This document shows, piece after piece, positions 9,633 to 19,115 of a stretch of DNA of 64,000 nt. How positions within the stretch are numbered: the first letter of the stretch is position 1; every line of letters starts with the position of its first letter. Origin of the DNA: a virus; IMG/VR virus record IMGVR_UViG_3300045988_136394, positions 32,001 through 96,000 of that record; one strand, 5' to 3'. A program made the translations under genes and the position numbers. The notes under the pieces are model-generated. The model made no database searches, had not been told where the DNA came from, and was given only the letters and a program-made list of their open reading frames with translations.

Positions 9633-9932
9633 CTATTGTTTTTGCAATAGGAGCTCAATATATGGTTTTACTTCGTCCGGAATTAATTCCTTTTCATTAC
9701 TAATAATGGTTTGTAATTCCTTTTTGGCATTCCATAAGGCTTTGCCTACTGAAGAACTTTCAATTCCTAAGTCATCGGCTATCTCATAATATGATTTACC
9801 CTCAATATAAAACTTCCATAAAAGTAATTCACTTTTTGTTTTCAAGCCAGTCCCTTTTATAATCACCTTTAGTGCAATTAAAGATAATGTTTTAAGTCTT
9901 TTATTGAAATCTGATTCAGTCATTAGCTCCAA
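9633..9932 (-). CDS. Sigma-70 region-4-like HTH protein (putative phage transcriptional regulator)
   Basis: Segment SELLLWKFYIEGKSYYEIADDLGIESSSVGKALWNAKKEL matches region-4 HTH pattern. Confidence 0.6.
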   Translation of the reverse strand: MELMTESDFNKRLKTLSLIALKVIIKGTGLKTKSELLLWKFYIEGKSYYEIADDLGIESSSVGKALWNAKKELQTIISNEKELIPDEVKPYIELLLQKQ

Positions 9933-10296
9933 ATACCCGCCAAGCTGTTATAATTCCTCCAACTAGACCACCTATAATTAAAGTTAGTATTGTATTGACA
10001 ATTACTCTCTTATAATTATAGTAGTCCTTTAAATCTTTCATTTGATATTCTTCAAAATCTCGCTTTAAAGAACCTATACGTCCATGGAGAATTTCTTGAT
10101 CTTTATTTAATCTAGATTCTAATTTATCAAATAATTTTAAAATAGTAACGACATTAAAGTTTATCTCTTGCACATCTTTACAGGTTTGACGGAATTGTTC
10201 TTCAAATAATTCTGACCGTTTTTCGTATCTATCACAACGGCTTTCTAAAGTTTTAATCCTTTGTAATAGTTCTGCAATTACCTTTTCATTTTCCAT
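9916..10296 (-). CDS. Coiled-coil protein with C-terminal TM anchor
   Basis: Heptad-like charged N-terminus; C-terminal TLIIGGLVGGIITAW helix. Confidence 0.5.
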   Translation of the reverse strand: MENEKVIAELLQRIKTLESRCDRYEKRSELFEEQFRQTCKDVQEINFNVVTILKLFDKLESRLNKDQEILHGRIGSLKRDFEEYQMKDLKDYYNYKRVIVNTILTLIIGGLVGGIITAWRVFGAND

Positions 10297-10630
10297 TTAT
10301 TGTTGCTCCGTTACTTCTGTTCATAATAACACTGTTTCCAGCATCGGAAATAGTATCAGATTCTTCCGTAACAGTTCTTACAATACCTTGTTCATAAGTA
10401 AAATATTCTTTAGCAATAAGCACCGACGAAATACCCAATGCACAGGCACAAAAAAAGATGCAACAGAGAAAACCAATGACTAAAATTTTTAAAAGTCCTA
10501 ATAATTTTACATTATAGTCCCGATAAATTTGAGCGTCTTTTGCTTTTTTATCTATTTCATCTTGTCTTTGCATTAACCTCTCTAGATACTTATCTAGGTG
10601 CTGCAAATCTTTATCATTTGGATTTTCCAT
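10286..10630 (-). CDS. Hypothetical membrane protein
   Basis: Central hydrophobic helix LLKILVIGFLCCIFFCACALGISSVLIA. Confidence 0.5.
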   Translation of the reverse strand: MENPNDKDLQHLDKYLERLMQRQDEIDKKAKDAQIYRDYNVKLLGLLKILVIGFLCCIFFCACALGISSVLIAKEYFTYEQGIVRTVTEESDTISDAGNSVIMNRSNGATINGK

Positions 10631-10639
10631 TACATCCTC

Positions 10640-11059
10640 CTAGGATATCGCAATTAATAAAACAGTACCAAGTCCAATATACAATAAAGTTTTTTCAGCT
10701 TTTAATTGTTTAATCTTCTTTTTGTATTCTTTGGACTCCTGTTCTAAAGTCTGATTGCAACTCTCTAAGTATTTGATTTTGTTGTCGTAAGATGTCTTCA
10801 ACATCGTTTGCTGTTTTTCCAATGTTATTACTGACTGATTGGCTTTCTGTAAGTTGTTGTTTAATTCCGTCCGTTGTTTTTTCAACGTCAGAATTTTGTT
10901 TATCGATTGTTCGTTTAGGGATATCGCTTGCGCTATTTGTTGTTCTTGCATTTCGAATTTCTTCGCTGGAACTAAATAATAATCCTGTGCATAAGCCTGC
11001 TGACATAAACCCAATGATAAACCAAACAACAAAAGCATGAAAAATATTTTTCTTTTCAT
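10640..11059 (-). CDS. Secreted/membrane-anchored coiled-coil protein (signal peptide + C-terminal TM)
   Basis: MKRKIFFMLLLFGLSLGLCQQAYA signal; long coiled coil; C-terminal LLYIGLGTVLLIAIS. Confidence 0.5.
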   Translation of the reverse strand: MKRKIFFMLLLFGLSLGLCQQAYAQDYYLVPAKKFEMQEQQIAQAISLNEQSINKILTLKKQRTELNNNLQKANQSVITLEKQQTMLKTSYDNKIKYLESCNQTLEQESKEYKKKIKQLKAEKTLLYIGLGTVLLIAIS

Positions 11060-11192
11060 TTACCATTGCTTCCAAGTAAAGTAAACTCCGATTGCAAATC
11101 CAAGTCCAAAGGAAATCAGTTTTGGATAACGATTAAAAGTAGCTTTTATTTTATCAAAAAATTCTTTAATTTCTTCCATTTTAGATTCCTCC

Positions 11193-11735
11193 TCAGTTAT
11201 TCTGTTTCCAGATTGCCAATCCACGAATTACATCACCGCCGGGCTGGTTTTTCTTACCTGTTCCGGGGTCGTCTAAAAGAAGTAAATCCCATCTCATATC
11301 GGGATCGTTACCATAAAGACCATAACCATCAATATCAGCGATTTCTGCATGAGTCATAACATGCTCTGAGTCTATTGGAATTTCTAGAACAGTTGCTATA
11401 AAACAAATTACCTCGGCTAACCGTTCGACTTGAATTGGTGTTGGTGGATAACCGTTCCAATTAATTCTTTCAGGATTTTTATAAACAGTCGCCCCATAAG
11501 CACAACATAAAGCGATTCCAATAGCATTACTGTTTCGATGCCATGTATGCTCTTTGTAGTCTGTAAGTTCACCATTAATACGAACAGTTCCATCACTTTC
11601 AATACAAATATGATAATGTTCTTTTTCAACACTATTCATTTTGTATAATCCACCTGTATGGTGACAATAGATTCGATTAATACCACTATTTTTAGCCCTT
11701 TCGGCAAGTGCAATGATCTCATTTATAGTTACCAT
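11193..11735 (-). CDS. Endolysin, N-acetylmuramoyl-L-alanine amidase (amidase_2/PGRP type)
   Basis: YCHHTG and zinc-binding H/C pattern typical of PGRP amidases; start taken at ATG 11735 (RBS GGAGG 9 nt upstream) rather than track start 11792. Confidence 0.8.
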   Translation of the reverse strand: MVTINEIIALAERAKNSGINRIYCHHTGGLYKMNSVEKEHYHICIESDGTVRINGELTDYKEHTWHRNSNAIGIALCCAYGATVYKNPERINWNGYPPTPIQVERLAEVICFIATVLEIPIDSEHVMTHAEIADIDGYGLYGNDPDMRWDLLLLDDPGTGKKNQPGGDVIRGLAIWKQNN

Positions 11736-12048
11736 TGTCTTTTTCCTCCTTTCCTTCAAGAATATCTGATATGCCATTATTATTTTTATCAATAAATAAT
11801 TTAGCTAAAAATGTAATGGCATAAACAGTTGACCCACTTACAAAGAAAGTCAAAAATGAAATAATTATCGGCAAGTCCGCTTCGTTTGTTACATTTAGGT
11901 TATGTATCCATCCGTAAACAAACATTACAGTAAAGCCGAGATACACCAATATAAGGTAGAAAGCTATATACTTAATGTATTTGTTACCTATTAATTGTGG
12001 TGTATTTTCAACCAATTTTTTAAACCAGTTAAGTATTTTATCTTTCAT
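11719..12048 (-). CDS. Putative holin (two TM helices)
   Basis: 109 aa, two hydrophobic helices, charged C-terminus, 3' overlap with endolysin start. Confidence 0.6.
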   Translation of the reverse strand: MKDKILNWFKKLVENTPQLIGNKYIKYIAFYLILVYLGFTVMFVYGWIHNLNVTNEADLPIIISFLTFFVSGSTVYAITFLAKLFIDKNNNGISDILEGKEEKDNGNYK

Positions 12049-12096
12049 CTTATACTCCTTAATTATAGTATATTATTTTTATTTTGTCAAGCTTTA

Positions 12097-12825
12097 TTAA
12101 GATACTAATACTTGCAATTCATTTATTTTATCTTCAAAATATCCAACAGGAGCTTGTGTTTGACCAGTAGTCCCATCCTCACAGGTTACTTCAACATTAA
12201 GTGATTCTGCTGTTTTTAATACATTATAACCAGCATATGATAGTAAATATCTACCATCAGCGAGAGTCTTTCCTGTTTCTGTATATTCAGAACCTATTGA
12301 TATGTTAACAGTAGCTCCTCTAACTATACCTTGAGAATTAACAACTTGAATATAAATTCTTACATCTTCACCATAAACAGATGAATTAGCATTTAAAGCT
12401 GGATAAAAATATACTCTACAATCATTACTCCAATTAAAATAAACAGTCTGACCTTTTCGTACAGCTAAATTACCACATAAATTAATATATGGTTGACCAT
12501 AATCACAATAAATTAAAGTGCCATAATTAGTTGTATCTGCATTAGTAGAGTCCCAAACATTTAACCAACTATTTACAACATTACTACCTCCAACCTTCAT
12601 TCCCCATATATAACCATCACAGGGGGCTGTCCAGGAATCTCCCTGATTTTTTAAATTAATAATTATCTTGTTATTAGACGGCATACTCAATTTATTATTT
12701 TTTGCTAATAATTCCCAAGTTGGATCATGATAAAATTCATCACGATGATCAAAAGCCATTTGCCATTGTTTGTTAGGTGTTATACTATTAAAAAAACATC
12801 TACAAAATGTTATTGCTTTTTCCAT
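12097..12825 (-). CDS. Hypothetical protein, tail-fiber-associated
   Basis: Position between tail fibers and lysis cassette. Confidence 0.45.
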   Translation of the reverse strand: MEKAITFCRCFFNSITPNKQWQMAFDHRDEFYHDPTWELLAKNNKLSMPSNNKIIINLKNQGDSWTAPCDGYIWGMKVGGSNVVNSWLNVWDSTNADTTNYGTLIYCDYGQPYINLCGNLAVRKGQTVYFNWSNDCRVYFYPALNANSSVYGEDVRIYIQVVNSQGIVRGATVNISIGSEYTETGKTLADGRYLLSYAGYNVLKTAESLNVEVTCEDGTTGQTQAPVGYFEDKINELQVLVS

Positions 12826-12850
12826 TGTAAATATTCCACTTCTGCACCGC

Positions 12851-13450
12851 CTAATCTAAAATAATCGCATCCAATTCCTCTTTGCTTTGAGCTGCATTTA
12901 CTTCAGCCTGTTTATTCCAACCTGCCTGCTTACACGTACCTATATGGGTAGAAAGGTCAGCGCACCATTCAAGCACCTGTTCCGGCGTAAGATAGAATAT
13001 CGTTTTGTCAGTGCTTCCGTCTGCGTAACCACGTACAGGGCAGCCTGTAGGATACTCTACAGCAAAGCGATCAGTATTTACGTTCAAGGCTATACCCTGC
13101 ATTGTAAGTTGTGTATCCTTGTCGCTGTCGTATCTGATCAGTTCTCCACTACATTCAGACGTAAAACCGCCGGTGATTTTTCCTTCTGTCCAAGCGTCTA
13201 CCTCTGCCAGTTTATTTGCCTTCAGTTCTTCTAAGTCAGGCGTAGGAGGTTCATATATACTATAACTTCCATCAGATTTACGTATATACTCATGCCCATC
13301 AATATTTCCTAACAATAATTGATAATCTTCTTCTGATACTTCTTCAAATCCATTATCTAATAAATTTTGTATTTCTTCACTTGTTTTTTCTTCGTAGACG
13401 TAAGTCTCCCCACGTCTACCATTATTATCAAATTTAATTAAATATTTCAT
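12851..13450 (-). CDS. Putative tail fiber assembly/chaperone-like protein
   Basis: Directly downstream of large tail fiber; hairpin-coupled start. Confidence 0.45.
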   Translation of the reverse strand: MKYLIKFDNNGRRGETYVYEEKTSEEIQNLLDNGFEEVSEEDYQLLLGNIDGHEYIRKSDGSYSIYEPPTPDLEELKANKLAEVDAWTEGKITGGFTSECSGELIRYDSDKDTQLTMQGIALNVNTDRFAVEYPTGCPVRGYADGSTDKTIFYLTPEQVLEWCADLSTHIGTCKQAGWNKQAEVNAAQSKEELDAIILD

Positions 13451-13477
13451 TTGTTACTCCTCTCTTATTTGCAATAA

Positions 13478-15796
13478 TTAGCTAACCCCTATTGCAAATA
13501 TATAACAATCGCCCCAGTTTTGAATATCATCGTTATAGCCATTGTTGGTATTAAATGTAATGCTTGTATTAGACCTTGCTATAATATAAGGCACTAAGTT
13601 GGAGCTACACATTACATTTGAATAATAGCAAGTGGTAAAAGTGCGTGGAAATGTAAGTGTTCCACTGATGATATTACTTCTATTTACATATTCCCATTGT
13701 ACAGTTAAACCTGTACTGTTTTCTCTTGCCCAACCATTAGTACCTTTGGAGATTGTCCATGAACTATCTCCTGCTAATGCACTTATAGCTTGTTTAACTC
13801 TTAAAGGGGACATAAACTTTGTGTTATTAGTACCAGCCTCGGCTTCCGCTTCACTGGCAATAACAGGTTTGGGTATATCAATAGTTACATTACCATTTGT
13901 CGGTTTTATTCCATTAACACTTTTAACTACACTATTACTTAAATTAGTTAAGTCAGATTGTTTAGCTATTTGAGTCCAAGAAGGATTAGTATTATTAGTA
14001 ACATGGTAATGAGTGACATACATTGTTTGATTCGTGCCTGTAAAATGAAATATAGTAATATCTCCTGTAAGTCGAGTAGCTATAAAGTTACCATAACTTG
14101 CAGGATATATATCCGCAAAATTTTGTGCTTCAGAAGCATAATACTCCAATACACTGTTTATTGGTAATGCGGAGTGAATAGAAGCGAATGTTTCTTCCCC
14201 TGGAGTTATTCCGATTTGTTCTAAAGAAGTATATGTTGTTAAATTAGAACCACTTCCTGCATCACAGTTAATGGTAATATCTTGCGTGCCGTCAAAAGCC
14301 ACACCATTTATTGTGCGTGCGGTTTGTAACTTTGTTGCTGTATTAGCATTACCTAACCATTTTGCAACACCATCATGTGTGACCGTTGCAAAGGGATTAT
14401 TATTGCTAGAAAAAGTTACTTTTGTATTATCGTCACGTATGACAAACACATTATTATTCGTTCCAACTCTAAATACATGAGGTTGATTTGTGCTTGTGTG
14501 ATAAAATAATCCACCTAAATTATCCGTCCCAATTCTTGCTTGTACTGTTTCATTTGTTGGAGGAATACCAAAATTTATACTACCACTGCTACCTGCCGCA
14601 CTGCCATTTGATACTTTAATGTTTGCTCTGAAAGTATTTAAAGCTGTAAAGGTATTTGCTTGATTTAATAAGCCTACTTCATCAGTACAAGCAATTTCTC
14701 GCCATGCAGTCCAACTACTATTTTCATGGTAAAAACAGCGTTGATACGTTCTTGAAGCTACATAACTACTCCCATAAGTTCGATAAATCTGGACTAAACT
14801 TGTTCTAGGGGCATTAAATCCAATCAATACACTTAATACACCGCCCCTTGGCGTTGCATCATTATAGCTAGTGGGGAGATTTGCTATTGTGTTTGCTTCT
14901 GTATTGCTTTGTACTTGATATTCTCCAGGAGTTTTGTAATCATTAAAATCGCTATTTGAAGGGATAAAATTCGTTATGTTTAAATATTTAGCCGAATTTA
15001 CATCTCCGTTAGCTATACTATCATCTACATATTTTTTGTTCGGCACATCATTATTTACTGTAGGAGTTTTGTGTACTGTCAGTTCCAGCCCATTTGCATT
15101 AGTATATTTACCCCACGGAGTATTATTTAACGAGCTAAATTCTACTGTGCCATCAGAATTATACACGCTAGCAAAGGATGTTTGAATACCGCTTTGTAAA
15201 AAACAATGTCTATAATCAGCGGCACGCATTATTAATTCGCCTGTTTTATTTCTGACTATACTAGGTGTTTGTTCACTACCTTCAGGTTTTAGTCCGAGCC
15301 ATAAATAAGTTGATGCATCACCAGGAGTGGTAGCACTGCCCCGTATGTTTAAATTTGCATTAAATATAGCACTACCATTCCAATAGTTATTGCCTGTCCA
15401 TGTGTTATTGCCTGCTAATTTGCCATAGGTCGTATGAATATTATTGCCATTAATATCAGCTAATGCTTTTGTTGCTGTACCCGCTGCATATTCTTGAAAT
15501 GCGTCCATTGTGCCTAATTTAGTATCATCTACGACTTGATATTGTACTGGAGGAGTAACTCCTATTATCATTACAGTATCGCCATTTTGAACATCATCAA
15601 CAGTTAAAGCAAGCATATCTGTAACAGTATCAACCTTTATAACATTATCCAAGCCTGCTGGAGGAATATTAGAAATATCTAATTGTCCTTTTATACGAGT
15701 GGCATCAATATCACTGGTATTTACATAATCAATTAAACTATTTATATATTTGATAAATGCCAGTCCGGATAATGTTTTCGTTATTTTCTCAAACAT
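13478..15796 (-). CDS. Tail fiber protein (772 aa)
   Basis: Size and position; shares conserved segments (NTFTALNTFRANI, TARTINGVAFDGTQDITI) with the block-2 fiber at 43428..46103. Confidence 0.8.
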   Translation of the reverse strand: MFEKITKTLSGLAFIKYINSLIDYVNTSDIDATRIKGQLDISNIPPAGLDNVIKVDTVTDMLALTVDDVQNGDTVMIIGVTPPVQYQVVDDTKLGTMDAFQEYAAGTATKALADINGNNIHTTYGKLAGNNTWTGNNYWNGSAIFNANLNIRGSATTPGDASTYLWLGLKPEGSEQTPSIVRNKTGELIMRAADYRHCFLQSGIQTSFASVYNSDGTVEFSSLNNTPWGKYTNANGLELTVHKTPTVNNDVPNKKYVDDSIANGDVNSAKYLNITNFIPSNSDFNDYKTPGEYQVQSNTEANTIANLPTSYNDATPRGGVLSVLIGFNAPRTSLVQIYRTYGSSYVASRTYQRCFYHENSSWTAWREIACTDEVGLLNQANTFTALNTFRANIKVSNGSAAGSSGSINFGIPPTNETVQARIGTDNLGGLFYHTSTNQPHVFRVGTNNNVFVIRDDNTKVTFSSNNNPFATVTHDGVAKWLGNANTATKLQTARTINGVAFDGTQDITINCDAGSGSNLTTYTSLEQIGITPGEETFASIHSALPINSVLEYYASEAQNFADIYPASYGNFIATRLTGDITIFHFTGTNQTMYVTHYHVTNNTNPSWTQIAKQSDLTNLSNSVVKSVNGIKPTNGNVTIDIPKPVIASEAEAEAGTNNTKFMSPLRVKQAISALAGDSSWTISKGTNGWARENSTGLTVQWEYVNRSNIISGTLTFPRTFTTCYYSNVMCSSNLVPYIIARSNTSITFNTNNGYNDDIQNWGDCYIFAIGVS
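14268..14680. repeat. About 400-bp segment of tail fiber gene homologous (roughly 85-90% in the aligned stretches read by eye) to 44563..44955 in the block-2 fiber
   Basis: E.g. ggtaatatcttgcgtgccgtcaaa(a/t)gccacaccatttattgtgcg and gcaatgtttgctctgaaagtatttaaagctgtaaaggtatt present in both. Confidence 0.7.
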
Positions 15797-16976
15797 TTTC
15801 AGTAACTCCTTCCACTAAATCATAAATACATAATCTACCTGCAAAAGGATAAATTGCTCTTAATGTAACTGATTTATCAGTCATAGTATTAAATTCCATA
15901 TCCACGAAAGGCACTCTAATATATTGATTATTAGCTTCGTCCTTCATTTGAATATTTAAAATTGCTTTACCACTTGTATCAATTTCGATTGTATATGTAT
16001 CCCCATCAGCGACCCATAAATCTTCCGAAATCTCATCTGTAAATTCGAGGTAACTTGCAGCCTGATGAAATTTTTCATACCATTCCTGAATTTGCAAATA
16101 TTGCATATTTACATTTTCAGCTTTATTCGTAAGATCTTTTTCAATTTCTTGAATATTTTCATGTCTTGTTTGAATATCGGCATAAATGGTATCAATTTGT
16201 TCTTTTGCTTCTGTTACAATCTCTTGATTAGCCTGCGCTCTATCTGCATCTAATTTAGCGGATTCTGCACTTTCTGCGGCATTGGATTCTGAATTAGCGG
16301 CATTTAATTCAGATTGTTTAGCATTTTGTGAATATATTTTAGATTCACCAGCATAACGTCCAGCTTCTGTTTCTGACTTACTAGCCGCCTCTGCAGAAGT
16401 TTTAGCCGCTTCTGCATATTGATAAGCTGTATTTGTTGATTCCTGAACTTGATGAAGTAAATCTTCTATATCTGATTTAACATCTTTAACATTTTGATAA
16501 ATTACATCAATTTGGTTTTTAATATTTTGGGAGGCTTCTTGTGCCTTTTTAGCTTCATCAGCCGCTTTAACAGCTTTATCTGCATTTTCCTGAACTTGTT
16601 GAACATATTGTTCAAATATATCTGGAGTAGGATCTTCAGGAAGTAGACTATCCTCATTAAACCCACTATCAATAATTTCTATATCGATTTCATTAGTTGT
16701 TGCTCTTTTGTTATCCATAGATACGGCAAAAGCATTTACCTGCATTATTCCTGCACCAACTAAAACTTCCCACGGTACTGGATATTCTACGCCATCTGAA
16801 ATGTTGGTTACATTGTAAGTTTTTCCATTCTTGGTAAATTGTACTGTCTTACCTACATAATTAGCCCAATCTTCAGAGGTTTCAAGTGTAAATGTTAAAT
16901 AACCCTTACTATCTGCAACAACTTCAGAATCTCCATAATAACTCAATCTTTGTTTAAATATTCTAAATTTTATCAT
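15789..16976 (-). CDS. Tail fiber/structural protein with long Ala/Glu/Lys-rich coiled coil
   Basis: Low-complexity coiled-coil centre, position in fiber cluster. Confidence 0.55.
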   Translation of the reverse strand: MIKFRIFKQRLSYYGDSEVVADSKGYLTFTLETSEDWANYVGKTVQFTKNGKTYNVTNISDGVEYPVPWEVLVGAGIMQVNAFAVSMDNKRATTNEIDIEIIDSGFNEDSLLPEDPTPDIFEQYVQQVQENADKAVKAADEAKKAQEASQNIKNQIDVIYQNVKDVKSDIEDLLHQVQESTNTAYQYAEAAKTSAEAASKSETEAGRYAGESKIYSQNAKQSELNAANSESNAAESAESAKLDADRAQANQEIVTEAKEQIDTIYADIQTRHENIQEIEKDLTNKAENVNMQYLQIQEWYEKFHQAASYLEFTDEISEDLWVADGDTYTIEIDTSGKAILNIQMKDEANNQYIRVPFVDMEFNTMTDKSVTLRAIYPFAGRLCIYDLVEGVTENV

Positions 16977-17029
16977 TTTTAATTCCTTTCTTTAAAGATC
17001 AGAATAAGCTCCATAACCATACGGCTAAT

Positions 17030-17278
17030 ATAAATACTACTCCAGCGCAAGGTTCTTTCCGTACTTGGAAGTTTGATCCAGTAGCTTCCGGAGTGTTTTC
17101 ATCTACCTATTTAGGACGATGGGCAAATAGCAAAAATGGCGGAGATGATGCCATGTGGCAAGTTAACTTTAATTTAGCAAATACATTAAATAATATTACT
17201 ATTGGAAATTCTGGAGAATCTGAAGGATTTCCAAAACACGTTATAATGCCTTATTACCTGAGAGTTTTAAATATTTAA
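17030..17278 (+). pseudogene. Start-less tail fiber C-terminal domain paralog, opposite orientation, convergent with 17267..18241
   Basis: Open frame from 17030 without ATG; encodes GVFSSTYLGRWAN...FPKHVIMPYYLRVLNI, homologous to C-terminus of adjacent fiber (...AYPKHIIMPYYLRILNI). Confidence 0.45.
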
Positions 17279-18241
17279 TATTCTTAAATAATATGGCATA
17301 ATTATATGCTTTGGATAAGCTTCTTCTCCACCTGTATTCACGCCTGTAGATTCAATTTTAATATCATGATTATGGTCGCCATTAAATTGTATAACTTCAC
17401 GAGTATCACTTTTATGAGCACATTCGCCAGCCCATGTACCAGTTCCGGAAAATACGCCAGTTGTTCGACCCCAACTGCCTCCAACCTGATTTCCTGCAAT
17501 GAAAGTTCCTCGAAGTTGTGTAGTTCCAGTCTTATTTCCAGTGGCCAAATTATGGTTATGGAGCTTATTCTGATCTTTAAAGAAAGAACCAGCATTTTCT
17601 CCACCACGACCAAAATCTAATATAAATGGAGTTCTAAAAGTTGTACTGTCATCACCAGTTGAAAAATAGCCAACAGAAGTTTTATTTAATGTTAACATTT
17701 TTTGCCATTCAACTTCAGAAGTTAAAGGATAATATTTTTGAACAAAATCCCACAATTCTGGATATTCTGATCTATTTAATACATGACTTTGTGTCATTTT
17801 TAAGTATCCTGGAGGAGCGCTATTCCATAATTGCTGTTTAATCGTTCCTATTGGTGTAGTATCTGCAGATACTTGAATTGGTTGTTCTTCCCAAATAATA
17901 TCATTATCTGTTATCGTTCTGGAACCTTCTTGTCCACTTGCTTCCGACCATGTTGGTTCATTACTTCCACTTGTACCAGCATTTTTAGATACTAATTTAG
18001 TATGCAATCCAAAAGGATAAAGTAATACAGAATTTTTAGGATATGCTGTATTCGGTTGCCAAGAAAATCTTTTTAAAAATTCTGCATGCTGTTGCAATGT
18101 ATTTTCCCAACCATTAATATTTTTAGCCATTACAATGTCGTTATCTGTGTCATGCCATAAATGAGCGATGTAATCAGTAATTTTCATAACAATATTATTA
18201 GCCATTTGTTCCAACCTCCCGAATATTAATTCGATGTTCAA
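17267..18241 (-). CDS. Tail fiber protein (short fiber)
   Basis: Position after XkdU-like gene; C-terminal receptor-binding-like domain. Confidence 0.6.
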   Translation of the reverse strand: MNIELIFGRLEQMANNIVMKITDYIAHLWHDTDNDIVMAKNINGWENTLQQHAEFLKRFSWQPNTAYPKNSVLLYPFGLHTKLVSKNAGTSGSNEPTWSEASGQEGSRTITDNDIIWEEQPIQVSADTTPIGTIKQQLWNSAPPGYLKMTQSHVLNRSEYPELWDFVQKYYPLTSEVEWQKMLTLNKTSVGYFSTGDDSTTFRTPFILDFGRGGENAGSFFKDQNKLHNHNLATGNKTGTTQLRGTFIAGNQVGGSWGRTTGVFSGTGTWAGECAHKSDTREVIQFNGDHNHDIKIESTGVNTGGEEAYPKHIIMPYYLRILNI

Positions 18242-19115
18242 TCATAGTATCTAAAGCAATAGGAATATAAACAGGATCATTAGAAAGAATTAAATCTTTC
18301 CCATCTAAAAATTTAATATTAGTGATTAATTTTATTTCTTCCCAATTTTCAATATTATATTGGATTCTTAAATACCCACCAGTAATAATTTTTTGAACAA
18401 AATTTGTTATCTTATAAGTATCATTTATAAGAACTGCCTGTATTTCTTCCCCTGTAAATGTTTTTAATTTATTAAGCATTAATGGAGTCAAGGATTGCAC
18501 CTCCTCAGATTTTAATTTTGCTAATTCTTGAACACTTATAATAGGTTTTTGACCTACTTTCCATTTACCACCTAAAATATAATTCCACCACCATTTTTGT
18601 TGATAAATTTCTTCGCCAACTTCAATCGTATTTGGAATAAATGGAACATTGATAAATACAATGTTTGCAGGTTTTATTTTATTTATAGTAGCAATACTTT
18701 CCTTATAAATAAAAGAATTAGAAGCATTACTTTTAATGTATAAGGTATAATTCGGATAATCCATTTCTATTTCATAATTATTTTTTCCAAATAAAGAGTC
18801 TAATTTTTGACGAAGATAAATCATTGTATAATAGGATAATGTTTGTATCCTATTTAATAATCTAAATCTTCTTTCCTCCAATGTTTCTGTTTCCGGATCT
18901 GCAACTATTTGGAATAATTGTTCATAAGCATAAATACCATCTTCATCTGCGTATGCAATAAATTGATTATTTTTTGCTTTATTTAATAACAAGTATAAGT
19001 TATTCCAAATATCATTTTCAACTTTAATTAATTCATCTGTTTCTAAAATACCTTCATAATAACGAGGAAAATAACGACCAATTCTAGTTCTGTATAAACC
19101 ATACCTATTGTTCAT
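18198..19115 (-). CDS. Baseplate protein, XkdU/P2 gpI-like
   Basis: Size and position immediately after baseplate J. Confidence 0.55.
   Translation of the reverse strand: MNNRYGLYRTRIGRYFPRYYEGILETDELIKVENDIWNNLYLLLNKAKNNQFIAYADEDGIYAYEQLFQIVADPETETLEERRFRLLNRIQTLSYYTMIYLRQKLDSLFGKNNYEIEMDYPNYTLYIKSNASNSFIYKESIATINKIKPANIVFINVPFIPNTIEVGEEIYQQKWWWNYILGGKWKVGQKPIISVQELAKLKSEEVQSLTPLMLNKLKTFTGEEIQAVLINDTYKITNFVQKIITGGYLRIQYNIENWEEIKLITNIKFLDGKDLILSNDPVYIPIALDTMIEHRINIREVGTNG

Noticed and set aside
10710-11075. 121-aa ORF overlapping 10640..11059 in another frame
   Set aside because: The alternative frame gives a signal peptide, coiled coil and C-terminal TM anchor all together, which is unlikely by chance. 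The 121-aa frame starts with TTG and has a poorly placed RBS, so it is probably a shadow ORF.
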